Shown here piece by piece: positions 8,052 to 18,483 of a DNA stretch of 64,000 bases (position 1 is the first letter of the stretch; the number at the start of each line of letters is the position of its first letter). Both the position numbers and the translations under genes were made by a program. The notes under the pieces are model-generated. The model was not told the DNA's origin. It did not search any database and saw nothing but the letters and a program-made list of their open reading frames with translations. The DNA is from a bacterium. GTDB lineage: Bacteria; Verrucomicrobiota; Kiritimatiellia; CAIKKV01; CAITUY01. The stretch covers positions 106,199 to 170,198 of the forward strand of contig JBAWZF010000001.1 in the NCBI GenBank assembly GCA_037143175.1. Direction: 5' to 3'.

Positions 8052-9796
8052 GGTGTGGATCCCCCAGGGATTACGGGTGGGGTCATCCAGGATCGGAGCG
8101 CTTGAGCCTTTTGAAAGGCCTCGGTGGCCCGCTGCTTATCATCAAGGCTGAGCCGGATCTGGCCCACTTCATACCAAAGCCAGTAATTTTGAGGATCCAG
8201 TGTCGCGGCACGGGTCATTAAGGATTCCGCCTGGCTGCAAAGAGGACCATTCCTTACTATCGAACCTTCTTTAAACATGGTCCGTCCCAGATAAAGCCAG
8301 GCCGATGATGTTGGTGCCCAGATCAGCGCACGGTGCAAGTCCCGGTATTTGGCCTTATAGAGATAATTTGGATCATCCATGGTTCGTACCGCGGAGGGTT
8401 GATAGCAGGCAATGGCGATAGTCCCAAGAAGCGCGATCAGTGCTGGCGTCATGGTCAGCCAACAGCGGGGATGAGTTTCTGGCACCGGGGTAAGTAATAA
8501 TCCGACCAGCGCACCCAGAACAAGCGCATAGATCGGAAGATGAGCAGGGAAATCAAAGATGCAGTGGATGGCCGTGACAGACAGAGCGCCTGAAACCGCG
8601 GTAATGATGACTGCAGGAGGTCGTGCAGAAGCTTGTTTCAGTCTTTGTCGAAGGCTCCATGCCACCATGAAGACAAGTCCCACTCCCAGCAGCCCGCATT
8701 CGGCTACGAGTTGGATGTATTCATTTTCTGCATGGATCAAACGGGCGCCGACACTGGTCTGCCGATATTGGGGGTATACCATGCGGAGGGCGTTGGCTCC
8801 GGCCCCTAGGATGGGGTAATGGGGCCAGACTCGCAGGGATTCCTTCCATTCATTCAGACGACTGTTAACGCTGTCAACTTGTGCCGGGTTATGAATCCCT
8901 GCCAGACGTGTGCGGATGGCCGGACTTTGTGTAACCAACAGGCCACTACCTGCCGCCATTAAACAGAGAAGTATGCCCCCCCAGAGTAGTCGGTGTCGAA
9001 AGGTAATGATCAGGGCCGTTGTTACCAGGCCGACAGCCATGGCCAGCATGGCACCACGGGAAAGTGACATGAAGACCACGCATCCCATCAGGCTGGTCAG
9101 TCCAAAATAAAAAATGGCGCCAACCCATCGTCGTGTACTGATGGAATGGGCGGCGAGCGCCAGGGCAACTGGACAAAGCATGGCTACAAATCCCCCGAAG
9201 TGGTTGCGGTTGAGGAAGCAACCTACCGGTGAAGTGGGTGCATGGGGGACCGGAATAAACCACCACAGGGTATCCCCCTGTGGAATTTTCCATTGGCCGA
9301 TATGTCCGGCTATTCCAACACCCGTTCCCAGCAGGGCCAGGAAACCCAAGAATAATAGTCTGCCTTTTGAGGGTAAGGCAGCAGTCAGGAGGCACGCACT
9401 TATGGCGGCTGCCAGCAGGAGAAAAAAGCGGAGCGTACCCGCCCGGTTCCGGCTCAGGCAGAACCAGGGCTCCTCCATCAGGGGGAGTGCCCCATATTGT
9501 GCTGCCTCATGGATCGATGTCACAACAGCCTGATTTTGTTGATGTCGCAATGAGCCGGCGAGTGCATCCAGGGCCGGCGGCAGGGGAAGGGCGGTAATCA
9601 GAATGAAGAGGAGGATGAGTGCGAGGCTAATCTCGAGATGGGGGCGGGATCCGGAATTCCGGTGGGTGACCACGCAGGCCAGTGCGCTGGTTGCTATTGC
9701 CACAATGCCGACTGTAATGGGGAAAAGGCCGCCACCACTAATGGTCAGGAACAGCATAGACCCCACCAGCGTTAAAAATATTGCCGCTGCCATCAT
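8048..9796 (-). CDS. O-antigen ligase (Wzy_C) family polytopic membrane protein with C-terminal TPR-like region
   Basis: 582 aa with at least 10 predicted TM segments. The Wzy_C-like loop reads RLIHAENEYIQLVAECGLLG. The C-terminal soluble tail YEVGQIRLSLDDKQRATEAFQKAQALR is TPR-like. Confidence 0.6.
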   Translation of the reverse strand: MMAAAIFLTLVGSMLFLTISGGGLFPITVGIVAIATSALACVVTHRNSGSRPHLEISLALILLFILITALPLPPALDALAGSLRHQQNQAVVTSIHEAAQYGALPLMEEPWFCLSRNRAGTLRFFLLLAAAISACLLTAALPSKGRLLFLGFLALLGTGVGIAGHIGQWKIPQGDTLWWFIPVPHAPTSPVGCFLNRNHFGGFVAMLCPVALALAAHSISTRRWVGAIFYFGLTSLMGCVVFMSLSRGAMLAMAVGLVTTALIITFRHRLLWGGILLCLMAAGSGLLVTQSPAIRTRLAGIHNPAQVDSVNSRLNEWKESLRVWPHYPILGAGANALRMVYPQYRQTSVGARLIHAENEYIQLVAECGLLGVGLVFMVAWSLRQRLKQASARPPAVIITAVSGALSVTAIHCIFDFPAHLPIYALVLGALVGLLLTPVPETHPRCWLTMTPALIALLGTIAIACYQPSAVRTMDDPNYLYKAKYRDLHRALIWAPTSSAWLYLGRTMFKEGSIVRNGPLCSQAESLMTRAATLDPQNYWLWYEVGQIRLSLDDKQRATEAFQKAQALRSWMTPPVIPGGSTP

Positions 9797-10434
9797 AAGT
9801 CCAAGTGAAACTCTGCAAGATCGGACAGGATTTCATCTGCCATGCTCACGTCTTGAGGCGGATGCCCCTTCTGATGCAATGCAACGCAGTGCATGCCCGC
9901 AGCTTTGGCGGCGCGTACGCCAGCGGAAGAGTCCTCGAAAACCAAACAGTTTTCCGGGTCAATCCCGAAATGGCAGGCGGCAAGGAGGAATCCCGAGGGG
10001 TCGGGCTTGCCGCGGGGATAATCCTCGTTACCCAGGTAGAATTGAACGTAATCGTGAATATCCATCAACGCGATGGCATCAGCGATCTGGCGGCGTGTTG
10101 ATCCGGAGACGATGGCGACAGGGTACCGCTCGGCCAGTTTTTTAAGAAGGTCGATGGAGCCGTGAATCCGGATATCCACGGTGGCGTGGAGGGTTTCATA
10201 GTATTGCTGACTTTCCTGCTCAAGAACCCAGGCCGCTTCTGTGATTGATGGATAATCCTGACGCAGTCGGGCGAGGATGTCACCCCAGGAGCGACCAAAG
10301 ACCAACTCGCAGGCATAGGAATCAGTTACGGGCAGGCCCCGGCTGTAAATAAGCTGTTGCATGGCCTTGCACCAAAGTATTTCGGAATCCAATAGGGTGC
10401 CGTCTAAATCGAATATATAGGCCTTAATCGGCAT
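9793..10434 (-). CDS. HAD-IA family hydrolase (beta-phosphoglucomutase/phosphatase-like)
   Basis: HAD motif I is FDLDGTLLDSE, motif II is VSGSTR, and the K...ED motif is FEDSSAGVRAAKAAGM. Confidence 0.85.
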   Translation of the reverse strand: MPIKAYIFDLDGTLLDSEILWCKAMQQLIYSRGLPVTDSYACELVFGRSWGDILARLRQDYPSITEAAWVLEQESQQYYETLHATVDIRIHGSIDLLKKLAERYPVAIVSGSTRRQIADAIALMDIHDYVQFYLGNEDYPRGKPDPSGFLLAACHFGIDPENCLVFEDSSAGVRAAKAAGMHCVALHQKGHPPQDVSMADEILSDLAEFHLDL

Positions 10435-10456
10435 GATCCCCCTATACTATTTCCGC

Positions 10457-10726
10457 TTACCCTTTTGTGCCTGCTTTGGCCGGTTTAGCTTTTTCCGGAG
10501 CAGGGGACTCGCTTTGTCCATCCATGGCTAGGGCCGCTTTCATCGTGGATAGAAAGGCCTCGGCATCTGCGGGGGCAATGTAAAACAATCCCTCCATGCT
10601 GTCGGGATCATTGGGTTCGAGGACGGCGCAGTCCAACAGGATCACCCCTCCATCTTTTTCGCGGTTAATGATATATCGTGAGTCGTCACTCTTTACCACC
10701 CACCGGCTTTGGATTTTCTTTGTCAT
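10457..10726 (-). CDS. Hypothetical small acidic protein
   Basis: 89-aa ORF in the same operon directly downstream of the PilT-like gene. The C-terminus is Lys/Ala/Pro-rich. Confidence 0.4.
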   Translation of the reverse strand: MTKKIQSRWVVKSDDSRYIINREKDGGVILLDCAVLEPNDPDSMEGLFYIAPADAEAFLSTMKAALAMDGQSESPAPEKAKPAKAGTKG

Positions 10727-10761
10727 GGTCTTCGTCCTGTTTTGTGGAGTCTTTACTACTA

Positions 10762-11604
10762 TTATGTCAGGGTTATCGATCCCGCCGGATCCGCGTTCAC
10801 GCTGATCGTTTTAAGGATATGGTGGCACAGGAGAGGAAAGTCATCTTGCAACCGTTTTTCCAGATCTCCCAACAGATGCTGTTCATTAATGGCGATGGCA
10901 CTTACGAGCACCAGCGCGCCTGCCTGGGCGGCGCACATGAGTGCCTCGAACTCCTCCGGCGTTTTTGGATTGCTGACATACATCAAATCAGGAGTGAGGA
11001 AAAGTCCGTTGCGGATTCCCTCCGAAAGGGTCGGGACATCAATGCCCACCTCGACTTGAATCACGATGGAGTTCCGATGTTTCAGAAGGAATGACAGGTG
11101 TTGTTCCAAAACGTAGATCACCATGTTTCTAGAATCGTTCACGCGGGCCAGTGTAGCGTACATGAAACGCATCAAGGTGTCGGGTGAAGGGCCGGTAAAA
11201 AGGACAATTCCTCCACCGGATTGAGCCAGGGCCTCGTCGACCTGCGAAAGTTGAGCTGGCTGAGCGAGAAGGTTTTCCAGCTTAGGGACGTCAAAAGGCA
11301 TACGCTGGATTGAGACAAAATCACTACCCCGTTGCGTCAGATAATAAATTTTGAATCGGCCCTGATTCGGCATGCCGAAAGCAAAAACCCCTTGTTTGCC
11401 CAAATCTGAAGGCCCCGTACGCCGGGCGTGACTTGCAAAGATCGCCAGCGTGTCACGGATATCCTCAGGGGTAAGTACCGTGTTGAGGACGATCTTGAAT
11501 TGCGTCCCCACTTTTTCGACGGGGGGGGCGCCCGCAATGAGTAATACCTGTGAAAATCGATCCGGCTCGCCTAGGTAAGCCAGAATTTTGTTGGCATAAT
11601 TCAT
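10762..11604 (-). CDS. PilT/PilU-like protein with degenerate Walker A and Walker B (predicted catalytically inactive type IV pilus retraction ATPase paralog)
   Basis: It is collinear with PilT. The N-domain is present. The P-loop position reads [16 protein letters not shown] where canonical PilT has GLILVTGPTGSGKSTT. The Walker B position reads [10 protein letters not shown] instead of EDPDVILVGE. Conserved spacing and hydrophobic pattern are retained (EVGIDVPTL..., [12 protein letters not shown]). Confidence 0.6.
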   Translation of the reverse strand: MNYANKILAYLGEPDRFSQVLLIAGAPPVEKVGTQFKIVLNTVLTPEDIRDTLAIFASHARRTGPSDLGKQGVFAFGMPNQGRFKIYYLTQRGSDFVSIQRMPFDVPKLENLLAQPAQLSQVDEALAQSGGGIVLFTGPSPDTLMRFMYATLARVNDSRNMVIYVLEQHLSFLLKHRNSIVIQVEVGIDVPTLSEGIRNGLFLTPDLMYVSNPKTPEEFEALMCAAQAGALVLVSAIAINEQHLLGDLEKRLQDDFPLLCHHILKTISVNADPAGSITLT

Positions 11605-13307
11605 TTGGTTCCTCCTGCGGCTTTCAGTCCTGAATCCTTGAGTGGTACGATCTGGTTGAAGACCGGGTACGAGTCGCGGTGGTCCTGGCTATCGGCGATG
11701 AAGTATCCCTTGCGCTCGAACTGGAAGCGGGTTCCAGGGGTGGCTTTCGCCAGGGCAGGTTCAACTACAGCCTTAACGATTTTCAAGGAATCCGGGTTCA
11801 GGTTGGTTTTATAATCCATACCTTCGGGCACCTCTTCGGGATGTTCGTCTTTAAACAGACGGTCATAGATCCGGATTTCAGCCAGTATTCCCTCCGAGGC
11901 GGATACCCAATGGATGGTGCCCTTGACTTTGCGGCCATCCGGAGCATTGCCGCCCCGGGTGGCGGGGTCATAGGTACAGCGAATCTCGGTAACCAGGCCA
12001 GTTACCGGATCCTTGGTGAAGCCGGTGCAGGTGATGAAATAGCTGTAACGCAGCCGAACTTCCTGGCCAGGGGCCAGGCGGTAATACTTTTTAGAAGACT
12101 CTTCGCGGAAATCATCACGTTCAATGTAGAGTTCGCGTGTGAAGGGGATGATCCGTACACCCGCATCCGGGTTCTCAGGGTTATTGATTCCTTCGAGGAA
12201 ATCGACCTGATCCGCCGGGAAGTTATCAATGACCACTTTGATCGGATCCAGCACCGCCATGGCGCGGTTAGCGGATTGGTTAAGTTCCTCCCGCACACAG
12301 AACTCAAGCAGGGCGATGTCCGTGTAGCCGTCAAATTTGGTGACGCCAATCCGTTTGCAGAAGTGGCGAATGGACTCTGCCGTGAAACCACGGCGGCGCA
12401 ATCCGGCAACGGTTGGCATGCGCGGATCGTCCCAGCCCTTGACATGGCCATCACGCACCAATTCCAGCAGTTTACGCTTGCTGAGAACTGTGTAAGTCAG
12501 GTTCAGGCGGGCAAATTCAATTTGGCGGGGTGGGGTGGGGTTCATGTGCAATTGCTGCAAAACCCAGTCGTAGAGAGGGCGGTGCACTTCAAATTCCAAG
12601 GTGCACAGGGAGTGGGTAACGTACTCAATGGCATCTTCGATCGGGTGGGCAAAATCATAAGTGGGATAGATGCACCATTTGTCGCCGGTTCGGTAATGAT
12701 GCGCCCTCATGATCCGGTAAATCACCGGGTCACGCATATGAAGGTTGGGTGACGACATATCGATTTTGGCACGGACGCAAAGGGTTCCGTCCTGAAATTC
12801 TCCCGCTCTCATACGGTTGAACAGGTCCAGACTTTCCTCCGCCGGCCGATTCCGGAAGGGACTCTCTTTTCCCGGCTGGGTGGGGATGCCACGGTAGTCT
12901 TTCCATTGCTCCTGGGTCAGCTCGCAGACATAGGCGCCTCCCTTGCGGATTAAGGCGCAGGTGCAGTCGTACATCCGTTCAAAGTAATCAGCCGAGAAAT
13001 AAAAATGCTCGCCCCAGTCGAAGCCGAGCCAGCGTACGTCGTTTTTGATGCTCTCGACGTATTCCATGGTTTCTTTGGAAGGATTGGTGTCGTCCATGCG
13101 CAAATGACATTCGCCACCAAATTCGAGGGCGGTCCCGAAGTCAATGCAGATGGCCTTGGCATGACCGATGTGCAGGTAGCCGTTGGGTTCCGGAGGGAAA
13201 CGGGTGACCACCCGGGAATGTTTGCCGCTGGCAAGATCCTCGCTGATGATATCTCGGATGAAATCTGAGGGTACAGGTGTTTCTGGAGTGTGCATGGTTT
13301 TTTCCAT
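11601..13307 (-). CDS. glnS: Glutamine--tRNA ligase
   Basis: 568 aa. The HIGH motif is [16 protein letters not shown] and the KMSKS region is near LSKRKL. A GlnRS-type C-terminal anticodon-binding beta-barrel region is present. Confidence 0.95.
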   Translation of the reverse strand: MEKTMHTPETPVPSDFIRDIISEDLASGKHSRVVTRFPPEPNGYLHIGHAKAICIDFGTALEFGGECHLRMDDTNPSKETMEYVESIKNDVRWLGFDWGEHFYFSADYFERMYDCTCALIRKGGAYVCELTQEQWKDYRGIPTQPGKESPFRNRPAEESLDLFNRMRAGEFQDGTLCVRAKIDMSSPNLHMRDPVIYRIMRAHHYRTGDKWCIYPTYDFAHPIEDAIEYVTHSLCTLEFEVHRPLYDWVLQQLHMNPTPPRQIEFARLNLTYTVLSKRKLLELVRDGHVKGWDDPRMPTVAGLRRRGFTAESIRHFCKRIGVTKFDGYTDIALLEFCVREELNQSANRAMAVLDPIKVVIDNFPADQVDFLEGINNPENPDAGVRIIPFTRELYIERDDFREESSKKYYRLAPGQEVRLRYSYFITCTGFTKDPVTGLVTEIRCTYDPATRGGNAPDGRKVKGTIHWVSASEGILAEIRIYDRLFKDEHPEEVPEGMDYKTNLNPDSLKIVKAVVEPALAKATPGTRFQFERKGYFIADSQDHRDSYPVFNQIVPLKDSGLKAAGGTK

Positions 13308-13322
13308 TGGAATGGCTAGACT

Positions 13323-14624
13323 TTATAGGATATTGATGGAATTCGTCAGTCGTGCCAGGGTCCGTTCACGACCCATAATGGCGAGGATTTCGTAAATGCC
13401 AGCCCCGATAGCAACCCCGGTGACGGCTACACGGAGGGGTTGGTTTAGTTTTCCTTCTCCGGACCCTATGGCGGATTCCGCCTGCCGGATGGCTTGCTGA
13501 ATGCTGGCCTCGGAGAAATCAGAGTTCGTCAAGGCCGTGCGAAGCGCCTCCAGCGCAGGCTTGACGCCCTCTTTCCTCAGCGTTTTCTGCACGGATTTCT
13601 CGTCGTATTCAATCGGATCGACAAAGAAGTACTTCCAGGTTTCGCATTGGGGATAGAGTGGGGTGCGGGACTGCATCAACTTGCAGACAGACATGAAGAT
13701 CTCTTCATTGATAGTTTTGCCCCAGTCCAACTTTTCAAGATGTCGGCGAACCTCAGCCGCAAAGACGGTGAGGGGGAGTTCAGCGAGATAGAGTCCGTTC
13801 ATATGCGTCAGTTTCCGGATATCCATCTGGGCCGGGCCGCTTCCGATGCGGTCCAGGGTGAAGGCCGAGATGATTTCCTCGCGGGTCATTTTTTCGCGAT
13901 CTTCGCCCGGGGACCAGCCCAGCAGGGTCAGGTAATTAAACAGGGCTTCAGCCGAGATGCCCATGTCCCGGAACTGCCCGACATAGGCGGCGCCATCCCG
14001 TTTTGAATAAGGTTTTCCCTGCGCATTGACAATCATCGGCAGATGGGCGTAGTGGGGAACCGGAGCGCCCAGGGCCTGATAGAGGGCGACATGACGGAAG
14101 GTGTTTTCAACATGATCATCGCCCCGGATGATATGGGTGATGTTCTGGGTAATGTCGTCCACCACGTTGGCGAGATGAAACACGGGGGAGCCATCGGAAC
14201 GGACGATGACGAAATCCTTTACGTCGGCGGCCTTCTTTTTCAGGTCGCCCTTGACTTCATCGTGGAAGGCCATATCGGTGCCGGGCATCCGGAAGATAAT
14301 GCATTCACCCTGGCCGGTGCCGCCTTTGTCCTCTTTATACGCATGTCCGTTTTGCAACAGTTTTGCCGCCGCCAACCGATGCTGTTCGTGCTGGGTGGAT
14401 TGGTAGAGGGGGGCTTCGTCAAAGTTGAGGCCCAGCCATTCCATTGCTTGTAAAATGGTTTGAACTGCCTCAGGTGTCGATCGCTCACGATCAGTATCCT
14501 CAACACGGAGGAGAAACTGGCCGCCATTATGACGGGCAAAAAGCCAGTTAAAAATGGCAGCCCGGATATTTCCAATGTGAACCTGCCCTGTCGGGCTGGG
14601 GGCAAAACGTACGCGAACACTCAT
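13323..14624 (-). CDS. gltX: Glutamate--tRNA ligase (short form)
   Basis: 433 aa. The HIGH motif is FAPSPTGQVHIGNIRAA and the KMSKS-equivalent is GKPYSKRDG. A C-terminal anticodon-binding domain is present. Confidence 0.9.
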   Translation of the reverse strand: MSVRVRFAPSPTGQVHIGNIRAAIFNWLFARHNGGQFLLRVEDTDRERSTPEAVQTILQAMEWLGLNFDEAPLYQSTQHEQHRLAAAKLLQNGHAYKEDKGGTGQGECIIFRMPGTDMAFHDEVKGDLKKKAADVKDFVIVRSDGSPVFHLANVVDDITQNITHIIRGDDHVENTFRHVALYQALGAPVPHYAHLPMIVNAQGKPYSKRDGAAYVGQFRDMGISAEALFNYLTLLGWSPGEDREKMTREEIISAFTLDRIGSGPAQMDIRKLTHMNGLYLAELPLTVFAAEVRRHLEKLDWGKTINEEIFMSVCKLMQSRTPLYPQCETWKYFFVDPIEYDEKSVQKTLRKEGVKPALEALRTALTNSDFSEASIQQAIRQAESAIGSGEGKLNQPLRVAVTGVAIGAGIYEILAIMGRERTLARLTNSINIL

Positions 14625-14930
14625 TTTCGATTCCTTTACTTTCTGAAAAAATACTGACTTAAATTATCATAAGACCTATTTGGGCGCAACGGATACCGCC
14701 TGTGGAGTCATGGCGGACTCTACCGACTTACGCGAGTTTCTTGAAGAAGATGGCCTGGGATAGGGATTTCCCTGACGGAAAAATCAGGGAAACCCTCATA
14801 TCTTTCATCCCTGTAAGTGTTAGATTTTTTTATTCGAATGCCATTCTGCTTGACTGAGGTGCGAATGGGGAGTTATACCAAACTCATTGGTAATGTCGCA
14901 TTCAGTGGGTGGTCGTCTGGGGGAAGCACA

Positions 14931-15287
14931 ATGGACGATAGCTGTATAGATGAAAAGGCTTTAGAGGTTCTGAAAGAACTTGGCGGCGTCAGTTTTGTCG
15001 TCCAGATGATTGACGTTTTTCTGGCCTATGTTCCCAAAGTTCTTGTCGAGGCTCGGAATGGCCTCGCCGTGGGGAATCTTGAACCGGTGGTGCGGTTGGG
15101 GCATTCCCTGCGATCAAGCGGGCGTAACATAGGGGCGCAGAAGATTGTGGAACTGGCGCAAAGCGTCGAATCGGCCAGTCGTGCGGGCCAGTTAATTCCT
15201 TTACCCGTGCTTCTGGATCAGTTGGAAGAAGCATTTCTTCAGGCGAAAGTCTGCCTTGAAGAAACAAAAGCGCGATTATTGTCGTAA
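14931..15287 (+). CDS. Stand-alone Hpt (histidine phosphotransfer) domain protein
   Basis: The Hpt signature GHSLRSSGRNIGAQKIVELA matches the HxLKGSSxxxGA pattern. The ATG at 14931 follows GGGGGA. The track start of 14817 is probably too far upstream. Confidence 0.7.
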   Translation: MDDSCIDEKALEVLKELGGVSFVVQMIDVFLAYVPKVLVEARNGLAVGNLEPVVRLGHSLRSSGRNIGAQKIVELAQSVESASRAGQLIPLPVLLDQLEEAFLQAKVCLEETKARLLS

Positions 15288-15317
15288 CATCAGATGGGTG
15301 GATGAGGGTTCTTCGGC

Positions 15318-16244
15318 ATGAGAAATGACGTCATGGTCTTTACTCTCGACGAGCAGCGGATTGCACTCCCGCTTCCAGGGGTGGCTCAACTCATCCGTTC
15401 TGCAGTGGTTACACCCCTGCCTCAGGCGCCTGCCAATGTGTTGGGCGTGATCAGCGTACAGGGGGAAAGCGTCCCGGTTCTTAACCTGCGCCAGCTTCTC
15501 GGTTTGCCTGAACGTGGGATCGGGCCGGACGCTCAGTTCATCATTATGATAACTGGGCGGCGCCGTCTGGCTTTGGTGGTGGATGAGGTCAAGGGGGTTA
15601 TGGACTTCCCCGAGCAGGACCTGACGGCGGCGGAGCCGATTCTGCCGGGGTTGGCGTTTGTGAAAGGGGCGGTCCGAACCCGCGATGGGACGATTCTGAT
15701 CAAGAATCCTGATTTATTCCTTTCGTTTTCCGACGAACGACTGTCGGATGAGTCGATACCATCCCCGGTAAAAACCCCGGAACCGCCGACTCCGGCTCAG
15801 ACGGGGTTTGACGTCATGGTCTTCACTCTGATGAATGAACATTACGGGATTGAAACGGCCCATGTGCGGGAAGTTTACCCGGCAATGGAAGTGACTCCCA
15901 TTCCCTGTACCCCCCATTTTGTGGCCGGAGTGATCAATGTGCGGGGGGATATCATCGCGGTGATCAACCTTAAAACCTATTTTGAACTTCCAGTGTCTGA
16001 GTCTTCAAGTTCAGGCGAGGTCATCATTGTGGAGGCGGGTGACTCTCTCTTTGGCGTTTTGGCCGATAGCACCCTCGGCGTATCTTTCGTTTCTCTCGCC
16101 GATTTTCAGGCGCCGCTCCCCGACTTATCCGGTATTCGGGCGGAGTCCTTGAGGGGGGTTACCAAGGATCAGATGTTTCTTCTCGATATTCCCAGGATGT
16201 TGGCAGATAAGAAACTATGGGTACACGAGGAGGTTGCATTATGA
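15318..16244 (+). CDS. cheW: Chemotaxis coupling protein with two tandem CheW domains
   Basis: There are two repeats of the MVFTL...VxTPxP...GVISVxG...VxNL CheW pattern, one in residues 1-140 and one in residues 165-300. Confidence 0.85.
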   Translation: MRNDVMVFTLDEQRIALPLPGVAQLIRSAVVTPLPQAPANVLGVISVQGESVPVLNLRQLLGLPERGIGPDAQFIIMITGRRRLALVVDEVKGVMDFPEQDLTAAEPILPGLAFVKGAVRTRDGTILIKNPDLFLSFSDERLSDESIPSPVKTPEPPTPAQTGFDVMVFTLMNEHYGIETAHVREVYPAMEVTPIPCTPHFVAGVINVRGDIIAVINLKTYFELPVSESSSSGEVIIVEAGDSLFGVLADSTLGVSFVSLADFQAPLPDLSGIRAESLRGVTKDQMFLLDIPRMLADKKLWVHEEVAL

Positions 16245-18481
16245 ACAATCAACGACAGAATCGGAATGGATCGGCCATGGGCGTTTGGTTGAAGGGGTTT
16301 ATGTTGGGGCTGGCAGGGGTGGCGGTTCTGCTGGCAAGTCCTGTCTTGGCGGAAGAGACTGGAAAGGCGCAAACAGCGGGTTCGGGCCAGGAACCAAAAA
16401 AGTTGAAATATATGACGCTCGACGAATTGATGAAGGTGGAGGTTGCTACGGTTACCACCGCCTCCAAGAAGGAGGAAAAGGCCACCGAAGCTCCGGCCAC
16501 CGTGATTGTGATCAGTGCCGCGGACATCAGGATGCGCGGCTATTCCACCCTGAAGGACGTGCTCCGCGACCTTCCCGGGATGGAAACCCGGGAATACTAT
16601 TTTGCGGAAGACGGCACGGAGGTTTCCGTGCGCGGCATTGTCGGTAACAACAAGATTGTGGTGTTGGTCAATGGCATGCGTGTCAATCCTCCCGGTGGCG
16701 AGAATTTTCCGTTTCGCAGTGACTTCAGTGTGAGGAACGCGGAGCAGATCGAGGTGATCTATGGTGCGGGCTCGACGCTTTACGGCCGCGATGCGGTGTC
16801 TGCCGTCATCAATATCATCACGAAGAAACCCGTGGAAGGTGTCACCGGGGAAGCGGGAGTGGCTGGGGGGCTTCATAATGAACGCGAAGCCTGGGGTTCG
16901 TTTGGTGGCATTCTTGACAAGGCCGGGCTCGTCCGGCTGAGCGGCATGATCCAGCACCACGACTCCGACCTGACGCGGCTTGACAGGGAATATCCGGGCT
17001 GGTGGCAAACCTATCGTGATGTCGCCAAAGCGAAGGGCTCCGGCTTGACGCCCACGCGAAGCGACTACGGTTTGAGCACTTTCGTACGGCTTGAAGCCGC
17101 TGACTTTTCACTGCAAACCTGGTATCGGGATTCAAGGCGCAGCAGTTCAGACAGCATGGCTCCCGCGTTCGGGTTTATTCCGGAGGCGTTGTGGGAGGAC
17201 TCCTCCTCCGTGACGGAGGCCAGATACCTGACCCGCTTTACCGACAAGGTGTGCCTGGACTCTGCCGTGACTTTCAACCGCTACGAGGTCGATCCGTCAA
17301 CCCGTTATGTCTGGGAAAATCCAGTGGACACGAAGTCATGGTATTACAATGACTACAAGTATGCGCGCGGGATATCCTATTCTGCCGAAGAGACCCTCAA
17401 GGTGGAATTCTCCAGGGACGTTTCGGTGCTGGCTGGCGTCGATGCCGCCCACTACGATATCGTGCCGAAATGCACGGTACCCGGCGGGGCGCATGGCTCC
17501 ATCGGGGACATCATGGAGGAAGGTGGGAGCTTTGAATATTACAGGGCGGACGGGAGTGGTCCCTATGGGATCCCCCGGGTCTATAATCAGAAGTATGAGA
17601 TGTACGGGGCTTATCTGGAAGGTGACTGGAGGGTTCTGGAGCGGGTGAAGGTCCTAGGCGGCCTCCGTGTGGATAAAGACACGCGGATCGACGATCCGTC
17701 CCTCACTCCGCGTGCGGGCGCCCTTTGGAATGTGAGCGATGAGCTGACGGTAAAATACAACTACTCCACCGCCTACATTTCCCCGGCCGCGTATTTTGCA
17801 GACAACGTCTACATGAACAATTACCAGATCAGTACGGCAAACCCCGGCTTGGAGCCTGAAAAATCGAGGACCCATGAGGTTGACTTAAACTATGCTAAAA
17901 AGGACTTCCAGCTCGGGTTAGCCCTGTATCATGGCGACCAGGAAAACCTGATCCAGATTTCCGACCGGAATTTGCCGCTGAACGTCATTGAAACCGTTTA
18001 TCTGGATTCAGCGCGCACCCAGCCAATAAACCTGATCCGGTCGGCCAATGGTGGCACAAGCTCCAATCAAGGGTTGGACTTATACGGCCGGGCGAACTTC
18101 GGGTCAGTCAGCCCCTGGTTCTCTTATTCCTACACGACTTTTGAAATGGAGACCGACGGTAAGATGACCGGTTTGCCTGGCATTTCGCATCATAACGGGC
18201 GTGTGGGGTTGACCTGGGCGGTTACGTCAAAACTGTTCGTCACGCCGAGCCTTGTGATCAGGTCTACTCCTGAAAACGTGCAGGCCGGGGCATTGGAACA
18301 CGAACTGGAAACACCCTGGCAGGCAAACGTGTACGCGTTGTATCATCTCTCGAAGTCTTTGGATCTCTATGCGGATCTGCGTAATGTTACCGATCATCAC
18401 TATGCCTTGAACGGGCTTTACGGCACGGCTGTTCCCCAGGAAACCTTGAGTGGCGTCATAGGAGTGAAAGCAACCTTCTGA
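16241..18481 (+). CDS. TonB-dependent outer-membrane receptor (plug + 22-strand barrel) encoded inside the che operon
   Basis: The signal peptide is MGVWLKGFMLGLAGVAVLLASPVLA. The plug motifs are ATVIVISAADIR and IEVIYGAGSTLYGRDAVSAVINIITKKP. The C-terminus ends ...IGVKATF with a terminal aromatic residue. The ATG overlaps the cheW stop (ATGA). Confidence 0.85.
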   Translation: MNNQRQNRNGSAMGVWLKGFMLGLAGVAVLLASPVLAEETGKAQTAGSGQEPKKLKYMTLDELMKVEVATVTTASKKEEKATEAPATVIVISAADIRMRGYSTLKDVLRDLPGMETREYYFAEDGTEVSVRGIVGNNKIVVLVNGMRVNPPGGENFPFRSDFSVRNAEQIEVIYGAGSTLYGRDAVSAVINIITKKPVEGVTGEAGVAGGLHNEREAWGSFGGILDKAGLVRLSGMIQHHDSDLTRLDREYPGWWQTYRDVAKAKGSGLTPTRSDYGLSTFVRLEAADFSLQTWYRDSRRSSSDSMAPAFGFIPEALWEDSSSVTEARYLTRFTDKVCLDSAVTFNRYEVDPSTRYVWENPVDTKSWYYNDYKYARGISYSAEETLKVEFSRDVSVLAGVDAAHYDIVPKCTVPGGAHGSIGDIMEEGGSFEYYRADGSGPYGIPRVYNQKYEMYGAYLEGDWRVLERVKVLGGLRVDKDTRIDDPSLTPRAGALWNVSDELTVKYNYSTAYISPAAYFADNVYMNNYQISTANPGLEPEKSRTHEVDLNYAKKDFQLGLALYHGDQENLIQISDRNLPLNVIETVYLDSARTQPINLIRSANGGTSSNQGLDLYGRANFGSVSPWFSYSYTTFEMETDGKMTGLPGISHHNGRVGLTWAVTSKLFVTPSLVIRSTPENVQAGALEHELETPWQANVYALYHLSKSLDLYADLRNVTDHHYALNGLYGTAVPQETLSGVIGVKATF

Positions 18482-18483
18482 TT

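Noticed and set aside
13323-14624. Calling the 433-aa synthetase GluQ (glutamyl-Q tRNA(Asp) synthetase) instead of GltX
   Set aside because: GluQ proteins are about 300 aa and lack the anticodon-binding domain. This protein has a C-terminal anticodon-binding region and a complete catalytic core, so short-form GltX is the better call.
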